DNA from: Acinetobacter wanghuae
GTDB taxonomy: Bacteria > Pseudomonadota > Gammaproteobacteria > Pseudomonadales > Moraxellaceae
Length of the DNA: 32,000 bases
Direction of reading: 5' to 3'
NCBI RefSeq assembly: GCF_009557235.1
Contig: NZ_CP045650.1
Span: 2,550,001 to 2,582,000, forward strand
Shown here: piece by piece, positions 1 through 10,122 of the stretch
How positions within the stretch are numbered: position 1 is the stretch's first letter
Layout: every line of letters starts with the position of its first letter
The notes under the pieces: generated by a model
The model's input: only the letters and a program-made list of their open reading frames with translations
The model's database searches: none
Told to the model about the DNA's origin: nothing
Program-made: the position numbers and the translations under genes

Positions 1-865
1 TTAAACTTGGAAATTCAAAGCTTGGCAAAGCTTGAAATTGTTGATCGCCCTCGGAGCGACTTTTGGTCGAGACAATTACACCCTGATTTAAGAATAAATC
101 AGCAGATTCCACCGCAGCAGACAATAATCCGCCCGGATTATTTCTTAAGTCGAATAAAACCGCTTTAACGCGATTACTCGGATAACTTTCGATAATCCGT
201 TTAATTTCATTGGCAGTGTCTTGCTGAAATACTTTGACGTGAATGACCAAGACTTGATTACTATGAAATTGTGATTCAATTTCTGTTTCTATTTTGGTAT
301 TACGGACTAAATTGATCGCCTGACTTTGCGGAGACAATTGCAACGTTAAAGTCGAACCAATACTGCCGCTCAATAAGTGCCGAACTTGTTCTGGATTCAA
401 CGTTGTTAAAACTTGATCATCAATTTTGTAGACTGTGATGCCATTACGAAATCCCAGTTTAGAGGAGTCGGCATCTTTATCTAAATCCGAAATAACCCAT
501 TGTTTTAATTGCGGATGAAACTCTAAGTTAAAATCAAGACTCGCCAATTCACCTTCGGTGTACTGACGTAATTGTTCAAATTCTTCAGGGCTTAAATAAC
601 GTGAATAACGATCGAGCCCCGCAACAAGTCCTTTAATCGCTTGTTGGAACAAAGCATCATCGTTTTTTTCTTGAATATAATTGTCTTTGACTATGCCATA
701 AATTTGCACAAATTCCTGAATAGATGATACGGGAATTTCAGCATAGGTCTGCTGATCTGTCTCCATATCATCAAGTGCTGGCTCCTGAGAACCAGCACTC
801 CAAGCCGGGCTCATACACATCAACAAGCTGGTGAAAACAACCGTCTTCCAATGTGAATGTGCCAT
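1..865 (-). CDS. Carboxy-terminal processing (S41 family) peptidase; N-terminal ~288 codons, 3' end cut by the window edge
   Basis: My own minus-strand translation from the ATG at 865..863 gives MAHSHWKTVVFTSLLMCMSPAWSA (signal peptide). It continues ...LVAGLDRYSRYLSPEEF... then a PDZ-like stretch and ...VLFDLRNNPGGLLSAAV... (S41 'NPGG' signature). The frame stays open to position 2. It is missing from the ORF track because no stop lies inside the window. Confidence 0.75.
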   Translation of the reverse strand, partial: MAHSHWKTVVFTSLLMCMSPAWSAGSQEPALDDMETDQQTYAEIPVSSIQEFVQIYGIVKDNYIQEKNDDALFQQAIKGLVAGLDRYSRYLSPEEFEQLRQYTEGELASLDFNLEFHPQLKQWVISDLDKDADSSKLGFRNGITVYKIDDQVLTTLNPEQVRHLLSGSIGSTLTLQLSPQSQAINLVRNTKIETEIESQFHSNQVLVIHVKVFQQDTANEIKRIIESYPSNRVKAVLFDLRNNPGGLLSAAVESADLFLNQGVIVSTKSRSEGDQQFQALPSFEFPSL

Positions 866-882
866 GCTATTTCCTTATTATT

Positions 883-2434
883 TTAAGCATTTGAAAGCTG
901 AATTAAGTTACGACCTTTCATTTCTGCCGGAATCGGAAGATTCATCAGGCTTAATAATGTCGGTGCAACATCCGCAAGCACACCACCTTCTGCGATGGTT
1001 GCCGTCGTCGGGCCCACATAAATAAACGGTACATGTTCCGTGGTATGTTGGGTATGGACTTGACCACTGACATAGTCCTGCATTTGCTCTACATTACCAT
1101 GGTCAGCGGTGACAAGCATATGACCTTTTTGTGCCATCACTGCTTCATAAACACGTCCTAAACAGGTATCGACTGCTTCAACGGCTTTCACTGCGGGCAT
1201 CAAATACACCCGTATGACCGACCATATCACCATTGGCATAGTTCACAACTAGTAAGTCGAATTCACCTGAATTAATCGCAGCAACCAATTCATCAGTCAC
1301 TTCATATGCGCTCATTTCTGGCTTCAAGTCATAGGTTGCAACGCTTGGCGATGGAATCAGAATACGTTTTTCACCCGGATATTCATCTTCGCGACCACCG
1401 CTAAAGAAGAACGTCACGTGCGCATATTTTTCAGTTTCTGCAATGCGCAGCTGGGTTTTACCTAAGTTTGATAAGTACTCACCAATTGAGTTGACCAACG
1501 CTTCTGGCATATACGCCACAGGTGCATCAATCGTTGCTTGATAACGCGTAAGCATCACAAATTTTGCAAGGTTCGGTACAACTTTACGTTCAAAACCAGC
1601 AAAGTCTTTTTCAACAAAGGCTTTCGTAATTTCACGCGCACGATCTGCACGGAAATTCATAAAGACCACACTGTCATTGTCATTGATGGTTGCGAGTTCA
1701 CCAATGCGAGTCGCTTTGACAAATTCGTCATTTTCTTCAGCAGCATAAGCCAGTTCAAGCCCTTCAACAGCCGTTGCTGCAGTACGAACCGCCTCACCTT
1801 CAGTCAACAAACGATAGGCTTGTTCAACACGATCCCAACGATTGTCACGATCCATGGCGAAGTAGCGACCAATCATGGTCGCAATACGACCTTGACCCGG
1901 ATATTGTGCAAATAAAGCATCTAATTTTTGCAATGAAGGTGCTGCGCTACGTGGCGGTGTATCACGACCATCAAGGAAGGCATGTAAATACACCGTTGCA
2001 CCACGTTTCAGTGCCAGTTCTGCCATTGCTACGATGTGATCTTCGTGTGAGTGTACGCCACCTTGTGACAATAAGCCCATCAAGTGCACTGCACCCGCAT
2101 TGGCTTTGGCTTTTTCAACCGCGTCTACTAACACGTCATGTTCAAAGAACGCACCGGTGCGAATATCTTTCGTAATACGAGTGAAGTCTTGATACAACAC
2201 ACGACCTGCACCGAGGTTCATATGTCCAACTTCAGAGTTACCCATTTGACCATCAGGTAGACCAACATCTTCACCAGAACCTGAGATCAAACTATGCGGA
2301 TGCTTGTTTTGCATCGCTGTTAAGTTTGGTCGTTTCGCTGCTAAAAACGCATTGTCTTCGACCGCTTCGCGATGACCCACACCATCCATAATTACCAATA
2401 CGTGAGGGATTTTGCCAGCAGTTGCATCCGTCAT
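883..2434 (-). pseudogene. gpmI: 2,3-bisphosphoglycerate-independent phosphoglycerate mutase (iPGM), split by a 1-nt frameshift
   Basis: ORFs 1178..2434 (418 aa, ...[16 protein letters not shown] then RSESR*) and 883..1239 (...[15 protein letters not shown]...[10 protein letters not shown]...) together form one full-length iPGM of about 515 aa. The frames join exactly if one C is removed from the CCC run (plus-strand GGG at 1195..1197). Confidence 0.85.
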
Positions 2435-2557
2435 AATGAATACTCTTTTCGTTTACGAATTAATCGCACTATTTTAGCGAATTTTATGATCAGAGACTAT
2501 GCACCAATCATGGTTTAAGTCTCTCATTCACATTGATTTATTCTATGAACCTGAAAT

Positions 2558-3628
2558 TTAGCGCGCTCGATGCAGCAAATAACCACCGACCATGAACATG
2601 AATACAATAGGAATAAACACGAACCATGCCGCTGATGGTGCATAAATCAAACTTGCATACCCCAAGAAATCTTGTAAATAGAAGAAGCCCAAGCCGACAA
2701 ATAACGCAATGACCAAGCGAAAACCCATCGATTGTTGGCGTAATGGCCCAAAAATAAATGAACAGGCAATCACCACCAAAGCAATCAGCGCAAATGGTGA
2801 GCCCACTTTTTGCCAAAATGCCAACTCATAGGTTTTTGGTACTTGGCTATATTCATGCATATAGCTCATGAAACTGACCAATTGACTTGGTGATAAATTT
2901 TCAGGGTCAATCGTCACCATATGCACATATTTGGGTTGTAAGGCTAAAGCCAAAGGCTGCGTTGCATGCGGCGTAAATGTCGCTGTACCATTGGCTAAAA
3001 TATTCACTTCTTCGGTGTTATTTAAATTCCAAGAACCATCTTTAATAAACTCACCATTTTGTGCTTTGAGTGTGCCACGTAAACGGTAATCTTGGTCAAA
3101 GTCGAGCATCTGAACATTTTTAAGCTCACCTTTGGAATTCGCATAATCAACAAAAATAAAGCGCTGCCCTTCTCGTGTCCAATAACCACGCACTTCACCG
3201 AGTTGGGTCTTTTTATCAAAGCTCTTAATATTATTGGCTTGTTCGTTAGTATGTGGAATCACCCACTCACTTAATGCGAAGGACAGCACCACTAAAATGA
3301 GTGCTGAGCGAATCACCCAACCGACAATACGCCATAGGCTAACACCCACTGAACGCATCACAATCAGTTCACTATTCGATGCCAAGGTCCCTAAACCGAG
3401 TACCGCACCAATCAATGCAGAAATAGGAAGAATTTCATAAAGATAGGTTGGAGCACCCCAAAGTACATATTTTAAGGCTTCCCAAGCACCATAGCCTTCT
3501 TTAAGCGAACCTAATTCACCTAAGTAGGTAAAGAGCACCTGTAAACCTGAAAGTACCGCAGTTGCACCAAGCATCGCGAGTGCCGTAGTTTGGGTCACAT
3601 GTTTTGCAACCAGACGACGTGCCAACAT
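2558..3628 (-). CDS. lptG: LPS export ABC transporter permease LptG
   Basis: 356-aa multi-TM protein of the YjgP/YjgQ permease type. It lies 2 nt downstream of lptF and divergent from pepA, which is the classical pepA/lptF-lptG arrangement. ATG at 3628..3626. Confidence 0.9.
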   Translation of the reverse strand: MLARRLVAKHVTQTTALAMLGATAVLSGLQVLFTYLGELGSLKEGYGAWEALKYVLWGAPTYLYEILPISALIGAVLGLGTLASNSELIVMRSVGVSLWRIVGWVIRSALILVVLSFALSEWVIPHTNEQANNIKSFDKKTQLGEVRGYWTREGQRFIFVDYANSKGELKNVQMLDFDQDYRLRGTLKAQNGEFIKDGSWNLNNTEEVNILANGTATFTPHATQPLALALQPKYVHMVTIDPENLSPSQLVSFMSYMHEYSQVPKTYELAFWQKVGSPFALIALVVIACSFIFGPLRQQSMGFRLVIALFVGLGFFYLQDFLGYASLIYAPSAAWFVFIPIVFMFMVGGYLLHRAR

Positions 3629-3630
3629 GA

Positions 3631-4737
3631 TTAAGACCTCACTCGCTGAATCTGTTTCTTAATTTTCGGTGCTAATTTTTGCTTACGAGAGAACAATGCC
3701 CCTGCAATGGCATACACAATTAACACCAATGGGAAGGCAAAAATCCCCATCTCCTGTTTACTCACCCGTGTTTTTACCGCCATCAATGCCACAATTAAAC
3801 TGGCAAAAATAAGTAATGCCGGGAAGAGCTTAAGATAACGTCCCTGACGCGGACTGACCTCAGACAACGCCACTGCCAAAATCAGAGCAATCACAATCGA
3901 AAATGGCACAAAAGCACGCCAACCGAGTTCACTAGCAACAACAGGATCTTGACGATTTTCCCAAAGCTTGCTCGTAGGTAAGGCTTCGACATCCGCACTT
4001 TCGAATTTGGCTTCTTTATCACTTTCCAAGCGCAAACGATAAGATTGAAATTCTGCTTGAGTATATTTGGGCGTACCTGCAAAAATTTCATAACGGCGCC
4101 CTTTGACCAAATCCACGACATTGGCGGTGTCATCGGCAACATCAACGCGCGTCGCTTCTTGCGCCAAAATCATCACATCAGGCTTGCCGTCTTTATCCGC
4201 GCGTTGATAGAAGAAAATATCTTTTAGATTTTTACGATCTTCAGACAAGCTTCCTGCATAAATGGTGTAAGGGCCTGAGGAAATAAATTCTTTGGGTCGA
4301 ACCAAATCAAAACCTGTACGTACTGCCTGATTGGTGGTTAGGGCTTCAAATTGGCGAATGCCCCACGGGGCTGCCCACAGCATTAAGAAAGCTTGCACTG
4401 CCATAAAAACCACAGTCATGGGAATGAGAAGCCGCGCCAACTGATGTCGACTGACTCCGCTACCATTCATGACTGCCATTTCATGATCGACATACATGCG
4501 ACCAAACACCAGCATTAAGCCAATAAAGAACCCTAATGGAAGAATGAGCGTTAAAAATTCAGGCAAACGATAGCCGATAATACTGAGTAAAATACTCGCA
4601 TCGAGTCGCCCTTGTGCTGCCACGCCAAAGTACTTGATCAATCGACCGCCCATCATAATTAAGGTCAATAAGGCAATCACAACCAAGGAGGTCGACACCA
4701 CTTGCTTGACGAGATAACGCCGAATAATCAAATTCAA
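3631..4737 (-). CDS. lptF: LPS export ABC transporter permease LptF
   Basis: 368-aa YjgP/YjgQ-type permease with N-terminus (MN)LIIRRYLVKQ, like E. coli LptF MIIIRYL. The track start at 4737 is a TTG. A second TTG at 4731 sits 7 nt after a GGAAG and may be the real start. Confidence 0.88.
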   Translation of the reverse strand: MNLIIRRYLVKQVVSTSLVVIALLTLIMMGGRLIKYFGVAAQGRLDASILLSIIGYRLPEFLTLILPLGFFIGLMLVFGRMYVDHEMAVMNGSGVSRHQLARLLIPMTVVFMAVQAFLMLWAAPWGIRQFEALTTNQAVRTGFDLVRPKEFISSGPYTIYAGSLSEDRKNLKDIFFYQRADKDGKPDVMILAQEATRVDVADDTANVVDLVKGRRYEIFAGTPKYTQAEFQSYRLRLESDKEAKFESADVEALPTSKLWENRQDPVVASELGWRAFVPFSIVIALILAVALSEVSPRQGRYLKLFPALLIFASLIVALMAVKTRVSKQEMGIFAFPLVLIVYAIAGALFSRKQKLAPKIKKQIQRVRS

Positions 4738-4820
4738 TCTTCCAATAAAAAGGGTAAAAAATTTGCTTTAGTTTACCCGAATGTGAATGCTAAAAATATA
4801 AAAGCGATACGTGTGTTGCA

Positions 4821-4853
4821 CATTGAAACCCTATTCATGAAAATGTTTCAATG
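4821..4853. repeat. Perfect 9-bp inverted repeat (CATTGAAAC-N15-GTTTCAATG) in the lptF/pepA divergent control region
   Basis: Read directly from the sequence. It is immediately followed by the tandem ATGGTTT-A-ATGGTTT at 4851..4865. Confidence 0.6.
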
Positions 4854-4889
4854 GTTTAATGGTTTGCAAATTTTATAAGGCTTGTATAA

Positions 4890-6744
<1,855 letters not shown>

Positions 6745-6769
6745 CAAGACACATCTTAAGGAGATGCAA

Positions 6770-7396
6770 GTGGCATTAAATGTTGGTCCAGATTTTAAAC
6801 AGCGCTGGTTAAATGTACCGGAAGCTGTACGTCAGACCTTTATTGATGACCTGACTCGCATCAGTGACGTCCTTAAACCTGAAACCTCTTTGCAAGAATG
6901 GCTGACACAAGACCGTGTTTTACAGCAGCGTTCTGAGCGACGTATTGAAGAAGCCTATGCGAAACGTAAAGCTGAATTGATTGAAGCTGCGCGTATTCGT
7001 AAACAGTTGGCATTAGAAAAAGCATTGGCAGATAAACGTGCCAAGCAACAGGCCTATGCGGAACAACTGCGTCAGGACGAAGAACGCAAGTTTGCTGAAC
7101 AAACTGAAGCTTTAGCTAAACTCAGTCAAAGCCTTGCCGTTGAAGTCGATCAATATGCTTCGCGTTTCCATAAAAACCCTGAAAACAATTTAGATTTCGC
7201 GCGTGGCAAACTCAACATTGATGACAATCAAATTTTATCTGAACTTGAAAGTCTGCGTTTACGTCTAGAACTTGAAGCAGAAACGCTGATTGAACAGACG
7301 TTAAAATCAGTTCGTGAAAAACTGCAAAGTGCAGCTCAAGATGAAATTGAATATATTTTGAAGAATTCTAATTTAACTGCGTCTTCTGCAGACTAA
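6770..7396 (+). CDS. Hypothetical coiled-coil protein (Glu/Lys/Arg/Gln/Ala-rich), function unknown
   Basis: This is the in-frame 3' part of track ORF 6449..7396. AAGGAG at 6758..6763 lies 6 nt before the GTG at 6770 (alternative ATG at 6764). The product is about 208 aa with long heptad-like stretches (RRIEEAYAKRKAELIEAARIRKQLALEKALADKRAKQQAYAEQLRQDEERKFAEQ). I recognised no family. Confidence 0.6.
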   Translation: MALNVGPDFKQRWLNVPEAVRQTFIDDLTRISDVLKPETSLQEWLTQDRVLQQRSERRIEEAYAKRKAELIEAARIRKQLALEKALADKRAKQQAYAEQLRQDEERKFAEQTEALAKLSQSLAVEVDQYASRFHKNPENNLDFARGKLNIDDNQILSELESLRLRLELEAETLIEQTLKSVREKLQSAAQDEIEYILKNSNLTASSAD

Positions 7397-7452
7397 GTAT
7401 TTGTCGGCTTAGATTTTTTAATTCGTTTAATTACAACGGGTATATAAGCTAT

Positions 7453-7478
7453 TTTCGCACTTCACTTTTTGTGCGAAA
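7453..7478. terminator. Hairpin between the convergent coiled-coil ORF and dedA (possible terminator)
   Basis: TTTCGCAC-10 nt-GTGCGAAA, a perfect 8-bp stem. The flanking U-runs are weak on both strands. Confidence 0.4.
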
Positions 7479-7483
7479 TGCAC

Positions 7484-8029
7484 TTAGATTAAATCCACCA
7501 AAAGAAAAGCCGCATTTCCGACTAAATAGCCAACGCCCAATAAAGTGGAAATCCATAATAATCCACCGAGGACGTTATACATCGTAAATGTTGCAAAATT
7601 CATATGCCCTGAACCAGCAGCAAAAGGTCCGAAAGAACGCACGAAAGGAATAAAGCGTGCAATTAAGATGGTTTTACCACCATGTTTGGTAAAATAATGA
7701 TTGGTCTTCACAATATAGGCTGGCTTAAACAACCGAGAATGTTCATTAAAGAACTTGAGACCTAATATTTTGCCTGTGTAATAGTTGACGCTATAACCCA
7801 AAGTCGATGCGGCAAATAACAGCAAGCCCATCGAATGCAATGTAATTAAATCACTGCTTGCGCAGAGCGCACCGACTGCAATCAGTAGACTGTCACCCGG
7901 TAAAAAAAAGAAGAATACTGAACCTGTTTCTGCAAAGATTACCAAAAATAAAATGGCATAAATCCAGACGCCATATTCATTTAATAAAACAGGAAGCAAT
8001 TGTTCTAAGTTGAGTAAAAAATCGAGCAT
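7484..8029 (-). CDS. DedA family inner-membrane protein
   Basis: 181 aa with ...IFAETGSVFFFFLPGDSLLIAVGAL... and ...GKTILIARFIPFVRSFGPFAAG..., both typical DedA/SNARE-associated motifs. ATG at 8029..8027. Confidence 0.85.
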   Translation of the reverse strand: MLDFLLNLEQLLPVLLNEYGVWIYAILFLVIFAETGSVFFFFLPGDSLLIAVGALCASSDLITLHSMGLLLFAASTLGYSVNYYTGKILGLKFFNEHSRLFKPAYIVKTNHYFTKHGGKTILIARFIPFVRSFGPFAAGSGHMNFATFTMYNVLGGLLWISTLLGVGYLVGNAAFLLVDLI

Positions 8030-8077
8030 TCAAGCTGTCCACTGCGGGAAAAATTGCAGACTAAGACTTACATTATC

Positions 8078-8119
8078 CCTAAAAATAAAAAAACAGTCTA
8101 ATTTTTCAATTAAACTGTT
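8078..8119 (-). terminator. Rho-independent terminator downstream of ribE
   Basis: The minus strand reads AACAGT-T-TAATT-GAAA-AATTA-G-ACTGTT. This gives a stem of about 12 bp including a U-G pair, with a GAAA tetraloop, followed by TTTTTTATTTTT. It starts 18 nt after the ribE stop. Confidence 0.75.
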
Positions 8120-8136
8120 CGGTATTCGATCAAAAT

Positions 8137-8796
8137 TTACTTTAAAAATCCATTTTCTGCAAGGAATTCCATACTCAATTTTGATTGTTTATTGTGTTCA
8201 GCGGCTTTATCGCCCAGTAATAAACGCTCAATATAACGGGCTAAAATATCCACTTCCAAGTTCACTTTTTGTCCCACTTGCCATGACCCAATATTGGTCC
8301 GTTCAGCGGTATGTGGAATTAAATTTAGACTTAACACATGACCACGTAGATGGTTGATGGTTAGACTAATGCCATCTACTGTAACTGAGCCTTTTTCAGC
8401 TAAGTATTTCGCAATTTCAACAGGTGCAGTCACTTCAAAGTATAACGAACGGGCATCAGAACGAACTTGGGTAATCTCACCCACAGCATCGACGTGACCC
8501 GAGACAATATGACCACCAAAGCGCGTAGTCGGTAACATAGCTTTTTCAACATTAACTGCTTGACCGACTTTCCAATTAGCAAGCGTGGTTCTATTTAAAC
8601 TTTCACGTGAAACATCGGCAGAATACCAATTCTCGCCCCAAGCAATGACGGTTAAGCAAATGCCATTGGTCGCAATCGAATCGCCCAAATGCACATCAGA
8701 CATATCGAGATCTGTATGTATGCTAATACGTACATCACCGCCTACGCTTTGCAGACTTTTTACTTTGCCTAGACTTTCGATAATCCCTGTAAACAT
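8137..8796 (-). CDS. ribE: Riboflavin synthase (alpha chain)
   Basis: 219 aa starting MFTGIIESLGKV..., with the duplicated lumazine-binding repeat (GDSIATNGICLTV / GSVTVDGISLTI). Confidence 0.93.
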   Translation of the reverse strand: MFTGIIESLGKVKSLQSVGGDVRISIHTDLDMSDVHLGDSIATNGICLTVIAWGENWYSADVSRESLNRTTLANWKVGQAVNVEKAMLPTTRFGGHIVSGHVDAVGEITQVRSDARSLYFEVTAPVEIAKYLAEKGSVTVDGISLTINHLRGHVLSLNLIPHTAERTNIGSWQVGQKVNLEVDILARYIERLLLGDKAAEHNKQSKLSMEFLAENGFLK

Positions 8797-8829
8797 TTTA
8801 TTTCTCGCTTCTGTCTCTTTTATACGGTT

Positions 8830-10122
8830 TTACCAAAGTGCCAACTGTGTACTCACGCCTGTCGTATCTACACCACCAAGTTCTGCATAATGATGCAACT
8901 GTCCTAACAACTGACGAATTGAAGGACCTGATTTGGCATGTGTGTCCGTAATTACAATAAACTCAAGTACACGTGCGCGTTCTGACTGACGTTGTTTACT
9001 CACGCGATAGCGCGGTACATCTTGAGTCAGCAAAGTTACACGACCACGTTTTAAGTTGGCTTGAAGTAAATCCGTGGCGCTAATGTTGCCATCGGTTGAA
9101 TAACTGGTCAGGATAAAACGTGCATTGATGGTCGCCAGCAGCTTCTCGTAAGCTTCTTGCGCATGCTTGGATGAATTGTACTGACTTGGACGCTCTTTAC
9201 GCCATGCACGGTCAATACCGCTTTTAAAGCCCTTTGTGTCCGGTGTAGGTAGATCGACCTGATCCCACAGTGTTAAAGCATTCAGTACATGATAATTACT
9301 GCTATAAGCATGCTGATTATACGGTGGATCTAAGTACGCGACGTCAACTTCAAAGCTGCTCATTTGATTGGCTAAATGCTGTGCATCGACACACCACATT
9401 TCCGCTGAAGGACCACTCGGTTGTGGATTTTCACAGAAACGACTTGGTGTGAGCCAAAGCAAAGATTCAATTCTTTCTAAAGCTGTTTGGGTTTTACCGC
9501 CCCAACCATGATGGAAGCTTTTGAATACGCCTGAGGTATTACTGACGAAACTTGCTGAATAAAGTAGCGGTGCAAGCAACGCTGACATCTCAACATCATC
9601 AATCGCGCCTTGGGCTTGCCAAGTGGCAATTTGCTGACGAATTGCATCAATACGCATTCCATTACGGCGTTTGAAGAAGAGACGGTCACGACTTGGATCG
9701 TAAATTTCATCATTACGCGGACACAAATTATGTGTCACCCAGCCTTTGACTTCAGGCAAGCGATTTAAATAATCAATCGCTTTTTGATAGCCGCCGAGTT
9801 CTTTAAATGCTGGGGCTTCGGTACATGCTAACACCGCATGATTCAGCGCATGGCTATACGGTTCCCAATCATTGGCAATGACACGATAACCATTTTGACG
9901 CGCTAAACGAGACACCACGCCTGAACCTGCAAAAAAATCAGCGAAAATCGGTGCGCGACCATCTTCACGTTTTAACGTGCCAGTCAGTTCAAGGGCTTCA
10001 AGAATCAAATGTAATAAACGACGTTTGTTTCCCAAATAAGGAACCAACTGATGGAAAAGATACTCATCGGTGGTACGTGCCGCATGGCGACGTTTATTGT
10101 AAACCGTTGACTCTGGATTCAT
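8830..10122 (-). CDS. Solitary N6-adenine DNA methyltransferase (D12/Dam-like, alpha-class motif order)
   Basis: 430 aa with YLGNKRRLL near the N-terminus, AdoMet motif I FADFFAGSGVV and catalytic motif IV AYLDPPYNQ. The ATG overlaps the ribD stop (ATGA at 10119..10122). ribE starts 33 nt downstream. There is no adjacent endonuclease. Confidence 0.8.
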   Translation of the reverse strand: MNPESTVYNKRRHAARTTDEYLFHQLVPYLGNKRRLLHLILEALELTGTLKREDGRAPIFADFFAGSGVVSRLARQNGYRVIANDWEPYSHALNHAVLACTEAPAFKELGGYQKAIDYLNRLPEVKGWVTHNLCPRNDEIYDPSRDRLFFKRRNGMRIDAIRQQIATWQAQGAIDDVEMSALLAPLLYSASFVSNTSGVFKSFHHGWGGKTQTALERIESLLWLTPSRFCENPQPSGPSAEMWCVDAQHLANQMSSFEVDVAYLDPPYNQHAYSSNYHVLNALTLWDQVDLPTPDTKGFKSGIDRAWRKERPSQYNSSKHAQEAYEKLLATINARFILTSYSTDGNISATDLLQANLKRGRVTLLTQDVPRYRVSKQRQSERARVLEFIVITDTHAKSGPSIRQLLGQLHHYAELGGVDTTGVSTQLALW

